Shown: piece after piece, positions 1-8,077 of the stretch
Layout: every line of letters starts with the position of its first letter
How positions within the stretch are numbered: position 1 is the first letter of the stretch
Source: Octopus sinensis
Lineage: Eukaryota
Direction: 5' to 3'
Length of the DNA: 9,430 bases
Assembly: GCF_006345805.1 (NCBI RefSeq)
Contig: NW_021827930.1
Coordinates: 1 to 9,430, forward strand
The notes under the pieces: model-generated
The model's input: the letters and a program-made list of their open reading frames with translations, nothing else
Databases searched by the model: none
Told to the model about the DNA's origin: nothing
Program-made: the position numbers and the translations under genes

Positions 1-255
1 GGTTGTCAAGCGATGTTGGTGGGGAGTGTGTGGCAAACACAGACACTCAAACATATACACACACATACATATACATACATATATACATATATACGATGGG
101 ATTATTTCAGCTTCCGTCTAACAAATCCACTCACAAGGCTTTGGTCGGCCCGAGGCAATAGTAGAAGACACTTGCCCAAGGTGCCACGCAGTGGGACTGA
201 ACCCGGAACCATGTGGTTGGTAAGCAAGCTACTTACCACACAGCCACTCCTGCGC
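1..255 (-). mobile_element. tRNA-derived SINE, family A copy 1 (3' part runs off the window start)
   Basis: Minus strand reads GCGCAGGAGTGGCTGTGTGGTAAG (A-box-like)...GGGTTCAGTCCC (B-box-like), then CCTTGGGCAAGTGTCTT, which resembles the start of the CORE-SINE domain. Positions 92-255 match 5484-5647 with about 8 mismatches in 164 nt (manual count). There is an internal CA/TA microsatellite at about 37-91. Confidence 0.88.
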
Positions 256-299
256 ATATTATATATATACATATATATATATACACATGCATATGTATA
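256..299. repeat. (TA)n microsatellite abutting the SINE head
   Basis: Direct reading: atattatatatatacatatatatatatacacatgcatatgtata. Confidence 0.8.
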
Positions 300-459
300 G
301 CTGTATTTTAGTATGCACGTACGTGTATGTACGGAGACACATATATCTCTGTTCTTCGGTTGATAGACAGAGGTACAAGGGGAGAGTGAGAAAGAGAAGG
401 GGAAAGCTAGGTAAGCAGATAGACAGATGGATAAACCGATAGATCGTGTGGGAGATTAA

Positions 460-643
460 CATATATATTTCTATACACACACACACATACATCTATACAT
501 ATATATATATATTTATATATCTATATCTATATATGTGTGTGAATGTCTGTATATATTAGTATATACATGTAAACGTGTATATATATATATATATTTATAA
601 TTATGTATATATATATATGTATATATATATATATGTATATATG

Positions 644-675
<32 letters not shown>

Positions 676-822
676 TATATGTATATATATATACATATAT
701 ATACATACACATATGTACATATATATATATATACATGCATTGTATAGATGTATTTTTACATATGCATACATGTGTATATGCCTGCCTTTATATATATGTG
801 TGTGTGTGCGCGCGTGCGTGTA
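460..822. repeat. Compound (TA)n/(CA)n/(TATG)n microsatellite ending in a (TG)n(CG)n tract
   Basis: Long imperfect dinucleotide runs. They are the source of the YI/IY-rich ORFs in the track. Confidence 0.92.
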
Positions 823-875
823 GAAAGTGAAAGTAGGCCTGCGCGCATACAGACAGATAAATAAATAATTTGCCG

Positions 876-991
876 GAGAGAGAGATATAGAGAGGAAGAG
901 AGACAGGGACAGAGACAGAGGCATAGACAAAGCGGGATGGAGAGAGAGAGAGAGAGTAAGAGATGGGGGTGGGGTGGGGTGGGGGTGTGGG
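876..991. repeat. (GA)n/(GACAGA)n purine tract followed by a (GGGGT)n tract
   Basis: gagagagagatatagagaggaagagagacagggacagagacagag... then gggggtggggtggggtgggggtgtggg at 965-991. Confidence 0.8.
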
Positions 992-1151
992 CGGTGAAAC
1001 CGAGAGACCGAAATTGAATAAAAAGCTAACTATAACCACAAAATAAGCGGAAAATCATAGAGGAGTTGAGCAGAAAGGCGTTTTAATGATGGAGACATTT
1101 ATGTTGGTTTTATGAAACTGATTTCGGACATTTTGATTTTAATGATCGATG

Positions 1152-1197
1152 ATCTGGACTGGACTGGTCTGGACGGGTCTGGTCTGGTCTGGACGGG
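1152..1197. repeat. (TCTGG)n/(ACTGG)n pentanucleotide repeat, degenerate continuation to about 1300
   Basis: tctggactggactggtctggacgggtctggtctggtctggacggg. Confidence 0.75.
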
Positions 1198-1444
1198 TTC
1201 GGGATGGGGGTGTGCGCGCGTCTGGTGTGGCTTGTGTGGGGGGTTTAGTCTGGCCGTTTGTTCGGGGTCTGGTATGGCTTGTAAGGGGTTTGGTGCGGTC
1301 TGTCTATAGTCCTTTCTCTCTCTCTTTCTCTCTTGGTTAGTTAAGAGAGTAAATTGCTAATAAATTTGCCGCCAAATTGGCTTAAAAAAAAGAAGAAAAA
1401 AAAAAGAAAAAAGCGACACGCATAGTGGACAGTGGAGAGGTAGC

Positions 1445-1594
1445 GATGGTGGTGGTGGTGGTGGGTGATGATGAGGATGATGATGATGATGAAAGTGATA
1501 ATAGAATCACCGTCACTAACTCCAACACCGTCACCACCCTCATTATCTTTGTCATCAACCATAAGCAACACTGCTGTACCCCACCACAACCACC

Positions 1595-1628
<34 letters not shown>

Positions 1629-2129
1629 TCATCATTGTCATCATCACTACCACCACCACCACCACCACCATTATCATCATCGCATCATCATCATCATCAT
1701 CACCATCATCACCATCATTATCATCATCGCATCATCATCATCATCATCATCATCATAACCATCATCACCACCACTACCACCATTACCAACACCACCATCA
1801 TCACCACCACCACCATCATTATCCTCATCATCGTCATTGTCATCATCACCACCATCACCACCACCACCATCGTCATCATTATCATCATCGCATCATTATC
1901 ATCATCACCACCGTCAGCACAACCACCATCACCACACCACCACCACCACCACCACCACCACCACCACCACCACCACCACCATCATCATCATTATCATTCA
2001 TCATCACCATCATCATTATCCTCCTCATCATTGTCATCATCATCACCACCACCACCACCACCAGCACCACCAGCACCACCACTACCACTACCATCATCAT
2101 CATCATTATCGCTGCCATCGTTATCTCTC

Positions 2130-2182
<53 letters not shown>

Positions 2183-2186
2183 GCAG
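1445..2186. repeat. Compound trinucleotide array: (GGT)/(GAT) at 1445-1492, then (CAC)/(CAT) at about 1582-2160, ending in (CAG)n
   Basis: Direct reading. It gives poly-H, poly-P, poly-S, poly-I, poly-T and poly-Q tracts depending on frame, which explains the overlapping ORFs. Confidence 0.92.
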
Positions 2187-2424
2187 AATGGAATGGACAA
2201 TAAAAGTAAAAACTAAAAACAAAAGAAAAAATTAATTTTCCAAGAAGACAAAAGCAACAACCAACAAACACACAAAAATCTCCCTCGAAAATTAGGGTCA
2301 AAATTCAATAAACGAACCAAAGACAAGAATAATCGATACGTGATTATTGATTAGAAGAAGACGGGGTCCTGGGCGGGGGTGGCTGTAAAGTTAGTATTTC
2401 AAGAAATAAAATTCCACATTACAA

Positions 2425-3024
2425 GTCTGTCTGCCCCTCTGTCCGTCCGTGTGTCTGTCTGTCCGTGTGTCTGTCCGTCCGTGTGTCTGTCTGTCCGTGT
2501 GTCTGTCTGTCTGTCTGTCCGTCTGTCTGTCTGTCTGTCCGTCTGTCTGTCTGTCCGTGTGTCTGTCTGTCCGTCTGTCTGTCTGTCCGTCTGTCTGTCT
2601 GTCCGTGTGTCTGTCTGCCCGTGTGTCTGTGTGTCTGTCTGTCTGTCCGTATGTCTGTCTGTCCGTGTGTCTGTCTGTCCGTGTGTCTGTCTGCCCATGT
2701 GTCTGTCTGTCCGTGCGTCTGTCTGTCCGTGTGTCTGTCTGTCCGTGTGTCTGTATATCCGTGTGTCTGTCTGTCTGTGTGTCTGTCTGTCTGTGTGTCT
2801 GTCTGTCTGTCTGTCTATCCGTCTGTCTGTCTATCCGTGTGTCTGTCTGTCCGCGTGTCTGTCTGTCCGTGTGTCTGTCTATCCGTGTGTCTGTCTGTCC
2901 GTGTGTCTGTCTGCCCGTGTGTCTGTCTGTCTGTCTGTCTGTCCATGTGTCTGTCTGTCCGTATGTCTGTTTATCCATGTGTCTGTCTGTCCATGTGTCT
3001 GTCCGTGTGTCTGTATGTGTGTCT
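2425..3024. repeat. (CTGT)n-derived satellite with a recurring 16-bp higher-order unit CCGTGTGTCTGTCTGT
   Basis: About 600 bp built from 4-mers CTGT/CCGT/GTGT. The 16-mer recurs many times, with 12- and 20-bp variants. Confidence 0.92.
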
Positions 3025-3604
3025 GGTGGGAATGCTCACAGCAGCCATATTCCTACCGCTCTATGTCATGCTGGTGAGACCCATATTGGAGTACGGGATT
3101 CAAGCCTCTTCTCCTTATCTCCTCAAAGACATACAGCATCTCGAAAGAGTCCAGAAGCTGGCTACCCGCATGGTCCTTGGTCTCAAGAATTTGTCTTATG
3201 AAGAAAGGCTGAAGACGCTCGACCTTTATTCTCTAGAAAAACGACGACGCCGTGGTGATCTCATTCTTGCTCACAACATCATAAGCGGAAAGTGTAACCT
3301 CTCGAAAGAGCTGTTCTTCACTCCTGCTCCAGAGCGTCGGCTACGGGGTCATTCCGAAAAGCTCTATCTGCGACGATTTCATCTCAATCGAAGGAGAGGG
3401 GCTTTCTCCGTCCTGGTTGCGGATCCGTGGAATAAGCTGCCGGACGAGATGTTGAGGGTACCGACGAACGCTCGGTTCAAAGTCTCCCTTGACCTCAAGT
3501 GGCCTGAACTCTTTACATGAACACCACCCTGTACATAACTCCATGTCCCCCTACATGGCCTTGCTTTTTGCTTTTTGAGCCAAAATATTAGCTAACTAAC
3601 TAAC
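3025..3604 (+). mobile_element. 5'-truncated CR1-type LINE (3' end of ORF2, 3' UTR and (CTAA)n tail)
   Basis: Translation contains LYVMLVRPILEYGIQASSPY, LERVQKLATRMV, LSYEERLKTLDLYSLEKRRRRGDLI, RGHSEKL and FSVLVADPWNKLP. These match the characteristic CR1 ORF2 C-terminal motifs (LYxxLVRPHLEY, LERVQRRATKM, YEERLxxLxLxSLExRRxRGDL, RGHxxKL, WNxLP). Stop TGA at 3518-3520, short 3' UTR, tandem tail ctaactaactaac ending at 3604. Confidence 0.92.
3032..3520 (+). pseudogene. C-terminal 162-aa fragment of a LINE reverse transcriptase ORF2 (no endonuclease or catalytic RT core)
   Basis: Open frame without stops or frameshifts from MLTAAIFLPLY to WPELFT*. The upstream part of track ORF 2465..3520 is only satellite-derived. 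Confidence 0.85.
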
Positions 3605-3676
3605 TGTCTAAGTGATAGAGAAAGTGATAAAATTGATCAGGAAAGGAAATCCGGATAATGTAATGGTGAAGTTAAG

Positions 3677-3903
3677 TTCTCGAGTCATACCGACCCATAA
3701 GGGCCAGTTTCCATTGTGTAAATCCCCCACCTGGATGGCACGCCGGTCCCTCGCAGGATTTTTTGCCGGCTAAGGGAACTGGAACAACGTGAAATGAAAT
3801 GTTTTTGCTCAAGGACAGAACGCGTTGCCTGGTCCAGGAATCGAAACCGCAATCTTACGATCATGAGTCCAGCACCCTTAACTACTAGGCCACACGCCTC
3901 CAC
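3677..3903 (-). mobile_element. tRNA-derived SINE, family B copy 1
   Basis: Minus strand: GTGGAGGCGTGTGGCCTAGTAGTTAAGG (A-box-like)...GGTTTCGATTCC (B-box-like), then GTCCTTGAGCAAAAACATTTCATTTCACGTTGTTCCAGTT (CORE-like). It aligns along its length with 4512-4740, and its 3' part aligns with 5855-5950. Confidence 0.85.
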
Positions 3904-3958
3904 TATGGAAGAGATGCCTGAAAACTCTACACCCTCTCAGGAACAGAGGACAAAAGAT

Positions 3959-4004
3959 ATGGATAGGTGGATGGATTGATGGACGGATGGACGGGCGGAC
4001 GGAT
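3959..4004. repeat. (GGAT)n/(GGAC)n tetranucleotide repeat
   Basis: atggataggtggatggattgatggacggatggacgggcggacggat. Confidence 0.75.
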
Positions 4005-4041
4005 CTATTGGCTTACTCGGAACATCCAAGTTTATTTTGTA

Positions 4042-4441
4042 CTAGCAGTATCGCCCGGCGTTGCTTGGGTTTGTAAGGGAAATAACTATATAAGCATTTT
4101 TAGAGAGTTATAGCAAAAAAAATAGCAAAAAAATGCATTAAAAATGGAAAAAAAAATGATGGTAAATTTTTTTTTAAATCGTTGACTCATCGTAGACATT
4201 TTTAGAGAGTTACTTTCCTTATATAATAGCGAAAAAATGCATTAAAATGGAAAAAAATGATGGTAATTTTTTTTTTAAATCGTAGACTCATCGTAGACGC
4301 GCGCTAATACCCAGAAGGGCTCGATATGAATCACGACTAAAAGATACCCGGTTTTGGTTAAACTGCACCGCAAAATGTGGGAGTAGTTAGGAATCTAAAT
4401 CGTAGGAGACAGACACACAACTTCTCTTTTATATATAAAGA
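4042..4441 (-). mobile_element. Non-autonomous Helitron (400 bp, apparently complete)
   Basis: Minus strand begins TCTTTATATATAAAAG and ends CCCAAGCAACGCCGGG-CGATACTG-CTAG. This gives a 5' TC, a subterminal imperfect GC hairpin (4054-4069) 8 nt from a 3' CTAG, insertion between A and T, and no TSD. These are the canonical Helitron hallmarks. Confidence 0.85.
4095..4298. repeat. Two-copy, about 102-bp tandem repeat inside the Helitron
   Basis: catttttagagagtta...aaaaaatgcattaaaa(a)tggaaaaaaa...tgatggtaa...tttttaaatcgt(t/a)gactcatcgtagac starts at 4095 and again at 4197. Confidence 0.88.
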
Positions 4442-4511
4442 TTTTCCTGGATAGTTTCACTTTCATTATCAATGTCGCGGCTATGGTTAGTCCACGTTAC
4501 GCTGCAAGGAG

Positions 4512-4740
4512 CACAGGGATGGTTTCCTTGTTTCTCTGGCATATATACTCCTCTCCTTCGCCCACCTGGATGGGACGCCAGTCCCTCGCAGGATTACTTT
4601 TGCCGGCCGAGTGAACTGGAGCAACGAGAAATGAAGTGGTTTGCTCAACAACACAACGCATCACCCGATCCAGGAATTGAAACCACAATCTTACGATCAT
4701 GATCCCAACACCCTTAACCACTAAAACCACACTCCTCCAC
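4512..4740 (-). mobile_element. tRNA-derived SINE, family B copy 2 (3' boundary approximate)
   Basis: Shares cccacctggatgg...gtccctcgcaggatt...ttttgccggc...gaactgga...aaatgaa...ttgctcaa...tccaggaat.gaaacc.caatcttacgatcatga...cacccttaac...cctccac with 3725-3903. Confidence 0.85.
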
Positions 4741-4804
4741 GAGGAGAAAGTCAGAATATGAGACATTCTCAAGACTATTCGAGGAGAGACTTAACTTGAA
4801 AATA

Positions 4805-5011
4805 CAGGTACAACAGAAACAGGAAGAAAGAGTGAGAGAAAGTTGTGGTGAAGGAGTACAGCAAGGATCACCACCATCCCCTGCCGGAGCCTCGTGGAGC
4901 TTTTAGGTGTTTTCGCTCAATAAACACTCACAACGCCCGGTCTGGGAATCGAAACCGCGATCCTACGACCGCGAGTCCGCTGCCCTAACCACTGGGCCAT
5001 TGCGCCTCCAC
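4805..5011 (-). mobile_element. tRNA-derived SINE, family C copy 1 (head resembles tRNA-Arg; lacks the 3' module seen in copy 2)
   Basis: Minus strand: GTGGAGGCGCAATGGCCCAGTGGTTAGGGCAGCGGACTCGCGGTCGTAGGATCGCGGTTTCGATTCCCAGACCGGGCG with A-box and B-box. The body (gaaagagtgagagaaagttgt, ctgccggagc...gtggagctt, ttcgctca.taaacac, cgcccggtctg) aligns with 5971-6140. Confidence 0.85.
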
Positions 5012-5243
5012 TGGAATTAGCCCAAGTTGAGAGAGGAAGAGAAAGGAAGAATAAGCTGATGGCCATTGCATCGTCGGATATATTTTCACAAACTTCAGCC
5101 CACACTCCACTCATCTCTTTCAGGGGGATGCACTTGAGTGAGAGCGTGAGTTTAGAGAGTGGCACGAATGCCGTAACCACGCACACAAATCGCGCACCCC
5201 ACTCGCACACTTCTTTTTAGGGATACGAGTGTGCCCGTGAGTG

Positions 5244-5648
5244 TACTCTTTTACTCTTTTACTTGTTTCAGTCATTTGACTGCGGCCATGCTGGAGCACC
5301 GCCTTTTAGTCGAGAAAATCGACCCACAGGACTTACTCTTTGTAAGCCTAGTACTTATTCTATCAGTCTCTTTTGCTGAACCGCTAAGTTACGGGGACGT
5401 AAACACACCACCGTCAAGCAATGGTGGGGGTGGGGGACAAACACAGTCACACAAACATATACACACATACATATATACATATGTACGACGGGCTTCTTTC
5501 AGTTTCCGTCTACCAAATCCACTCACAAGGCTTTGGTCGGCCCGAGGCTATAGTAGAAGACACTTGCCCAAGGTGCCACGCAGTGGGAATGAACCCGGAA
5601 CCATGTGGTTCGTAAGCAAGCTACTTACCACACAGCCACTCCTGCGCC
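5244..5648 (-). mobile_element. tRNA-derived SINE, family A copy 2 (full length)
   Basis: tRNA-like head at about 5575-5648, CORE-like segment, internal CA/TA microsatellite (about 5439-5483), 3' stem-loop at 5269-5282, and a short tandem tail (AAAAGAGT)n on the minus strand at 5244-5262. Near-identical to 92-255. Confidence 0.9.
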
Positions 5649-5733
5649 CATATATGCATATCTGTGGAAACCAGCGTATAAATGCAGAACCATCTTAGCA
5701 GTATTATAGAGCTTGTGGCGAATCAATACATTA

Positions 5734-5799
5734 TTTATTTACTGATAATGTTTATTTACTGATAGTGTTTATTTTCTAATAGTGTTTATTTACTGATAG
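5734..5799. repeat. 17-bp minisatellite, about 4 copies (TTTATTTACTGATAGTG)
   Basis: Units start at 5734, 5751, 5768 and 5785, with 0-2 mismatches each. Confidence 0.88.
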
Positions 5800-5841
5800 C
5801 AAGTCATGGCATACATAGGTCAGAATTGGAGCCTGAGACTT

Positions 5842-6140
5842 TGTTGTTCGTTCCTTCTCGAGCCATGCCTGGTTCATAAAGGCCGGTTTCCCGGTTTCTT
5901 GGTGTATAGGTTAGTCAACCCAGCTGGACGGGACGCCGGTCCGTCGCAGGTGAGCTGCTAGATGCATGAGGAAAGAGTGAGAGAAAGTTGTAGCAGAAGT
6001 TTCGCCATTACCTTCTGCCGGAGCTGCGTGGAGCTTAGGTATTTCGCTCATAAACACACACATCGCCCGGTCTGAGATTCGAACCCGCGGTCCCTCGACC
6101 GTGAGTCCACTGCTCTAACCACTAGGCCATGTGCCTCCAC
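5842..6140 (-). mobile_element. tRNA-derived SINE, family C copy 2 (full length, with target-site duplication)
   Basis: Minus-strand head GTGGAGGCACATGGCCTAGTGGTTAGAG...GGGTTCGAATCTC and a short (AAC)n tail. Flanked by AGCCTGAGACTT (5830-5841) and AGCCTGAGTCTT (6141-6152), an 11/12 match. Confidence 0.9.
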
Positions 6141-6534
6141 AGCCTGAGTCTTATGAGGTATCCAGGCAATTATCCAGTGTGGCCATGCGTTAAGAGGTAC
6201 TGTAGATATTTAGATAAGCGATCGATAGATAAAGTATAAATTCTGGCCCTGTGACTATGTTGAAAACGATTCTTTATGCTCGTAGGCTAACAGACATGTA
6301 TTTGTAAGCATCAACATTAATGTAGAAAAATGAAAATTTACTCCGGCGCGCTGTAATATATATACACTACTGACCCCGGATATGCATGCACTACCACTAA
6401 TGTATGTGTGCGTAGATACATATAAGCACAAGTGTGTGTATGTGTATGTCTGTGCGAGCCTGTAATATATATATATATATTCTTCACCAAGTGCCACATA
6501 TTAGGCGAGGTTCGTCGCAATAACAGTGTTGCAC

Positions 6535-6587
6535 AAAACGGCGGTGCATCAGCATGGCCGCAGCTCTGAGCTGAAACTAGAAAAAAA
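6535..6587 (+). mobile_element. Isolated SINE/LINE-type 3' tail related to the family A 3' end
   Basis: aaaacggcggtgcatcagcatggccgcagctctgagctgaaactagaaaaaaa aligns with the reverse complement of about 5257-5307 (aaaaggcggtgctccagcatggccgcagtcaaatgactgaaacaagtaaaa). Upstream sequence does not align with family A. Confidence 0.65.
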
Positions 6588-6738
6588 TATATATATATAA
6601 ATCGAGAGGAAGAGAGAGAGAGGGAGAAAGAGAGACAGACATAAAGACAGACAAACAGAGAGATATTTATATGTATGTATATATATCTACATATGTATTC
6701 TCTTATATGTTCGTATGTCTATATGTACGAATGTGCGA

Positions 6739-6809
<71 letters not shown>

Positions 6810-6837
6810 TGTATGTATATATATATATATGGTGTGG

Positions 6838-6896
<59 letters not shown>

Positions 6897-7279
6897 TGTA
6901 TATATATGTGTGTGTGTGTATATATATATGTATATATATAGGTGTGTGTGTCTGAATACGTGTGCAGGTGCACGTGCGTTTGTGCGTATGGTGCACATGG
7001 TGACACACATACATACATGTATACGTGCATATAAGAGTGTGTGTATGTGTATATATATATATATATATATATACACATGCGCACACATATATACACACAT
7101 ATATATGTACACACGCACACGTAAATACACACGCACACACACACATATATAGATAGTTAGATAGATAGATAGATAGATAGATAGATGATTAACTTGCAAG
7201 TATAGGTATATATGCGCGGATGGCTGCGTATGCGTGTGAATAGCTATACATATGTGTGTGTGTATGTGTGTGTGTGTGT
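6587..7279. repeat. Compound microsatellite block: (TA)n, (GA)n, (TATG)n, (TG)n, (CA)n, (GATA)n
   Basis: Direct reading. The (TA)n-(TATG)n block occurs twice (about 6741-6830 and 6841-6908), and (GATA)n lies at about 7150-7186. Confidence 0.92.
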
Positions 7280-7436
7280 GGGGGGGGCGTGCGTGTGTAA
7301 GCACGATAAGCTTTTGTGGCTAAAATCATTATCCCCTTGTGAGATAAATATAATAGATGATGCAACCATAAACTGCGAGTTACTGAAAGGCAAGCGACAA
7401 GGCGGCTTGTGCTGTCGTGTAGACGCATGCTCACGG

Positions 7437-7499
7437 ACACAGAAACACACACACGCGCTCACACGCACTCATACACACATACACATACACACTCACACA
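7437..7499. repeat. Imperfect (CA)n microsatellite
   Basis: acacagaaacacacacacgcgctcacacgcactcatacacacatacacatacacactcacaca. Confidence 0.75.
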
Positions 7500-7650
7500 A
7501 TCTGCTCGCGCAGACTCCATCCCAATCATAAAACTATAAAAGAGAAAACAACGAAAGCTCATAAAATTTCTAATAATAACTAATCATGTACAGAACCATT
7601 TCATTCGTATTAGAAACCCTCAGCATGACATTTTCCGAAGTGTGATACAT

Positions 7651-7839
7651 TTATCTTTTATCTTTTACTTGTTTCACTCATTGGACCGAGGCCATACTGG
7701 GGCACCACCTTGAAGAATTTCTGGTCAAATGAATCGACTCGGGCACTTGCTATTTTTGGTTAAGCCTGGTACATATTTTATCAGTTTTATTTTGCTAAGT
7801 TACGGGAACGTAAACACACCAGCACCGGTTGTCAAGCGG
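7651..7839 (-). mobile_element. Family A-related SINE, 3' half only, more diverged
   Basis: tcttttacttgtttca.tcatt.gac.g.ggccat.ctgg.gcacc.cctt...atcgac...taagcct.gtac.tatt.tatcagt...gctaagttacggg.acgtaaacacacca aligns with 5255-5410. ggttgtcaagcg (7827-7838) matches window positions 1-12. No tRNA head follows. Confidence 0.82.
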
Positions 7840-8077
7840 TTGCCTTCTGTCTGTAGTAGAAAGGAATATTTGTGTGTATTTATGTTTGGCCGTATATGTT
7901 GTGCGGTATGTTTTGTCAGGTGGAGTTTCAATATACTCTAAAACAGTACTTTCCAACTTTTTCAGGCCCCCCAACACCGAGGCCACATTCCTTGTGCCCC
8001 CTTCTCCCACCCCACCACAGGTATAGACCACTTTCTGTAGCAAATTCAAAACAACTGTATTTCAGAAATAAAATTTA

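Noticed and set aside
513-930. YI/IY-rich ORFs here and at 6671-7304
   Set aside because: They are translations of (TA)n/(TATG)n microsatellites.
1425-2216. 263-aa His/Pro/Ser/Gln-rich ORF
   Set aside because: It is pure trinucleotide repeat, open in several frames on both strands, with no domain and no evident splice context.
2465-3520. 351-aa ORF as a novel Cys-rich repeat/RT fusion protein
   Set aside because: The first about 187 codons are a (CTGT)n satellite that is stop-free in all three plus frames, so an in-frame join to the CR1 fragment is automatic. There is no ATG at the called start and no expression evidence.
3661-3912. Possible TSD around SINE B1 (taatggtgaag versus tatggaag)
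   Set aside because: It needs indels to align and is too weak to support.
4935-5011. tRNA genes at SINE heads (also about 180-255, 3830-3903, 4665-4740, 5575-5648, 6065-6140)
   Set aside because: A and B boxes are present, but I could not build a full cloverleaf with an acceptor stem, and each head continues into a repeated SINE body.
5012-5243. Unique segment with short open frames on both strands and a weak hairpin near 5200-5243
   Set aside because: There is no recognisable protein motif, no convincing splice-site pair, and the pairing is short and imperfect.
5231-5698. 155-aa ORF sharing peptide sequence with ORF 13..300
   Set aside because: The similarity comes from both being antisense readings of the same SINE family, not from paralogous genes.
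5734-5799. CRISPR-like array (also considered for 4095-4298 and 8078-8445)
   Set aside because: These are head-to-tail tandem repeats with no unique spacers and no cas genes, in a eukaryotic context.
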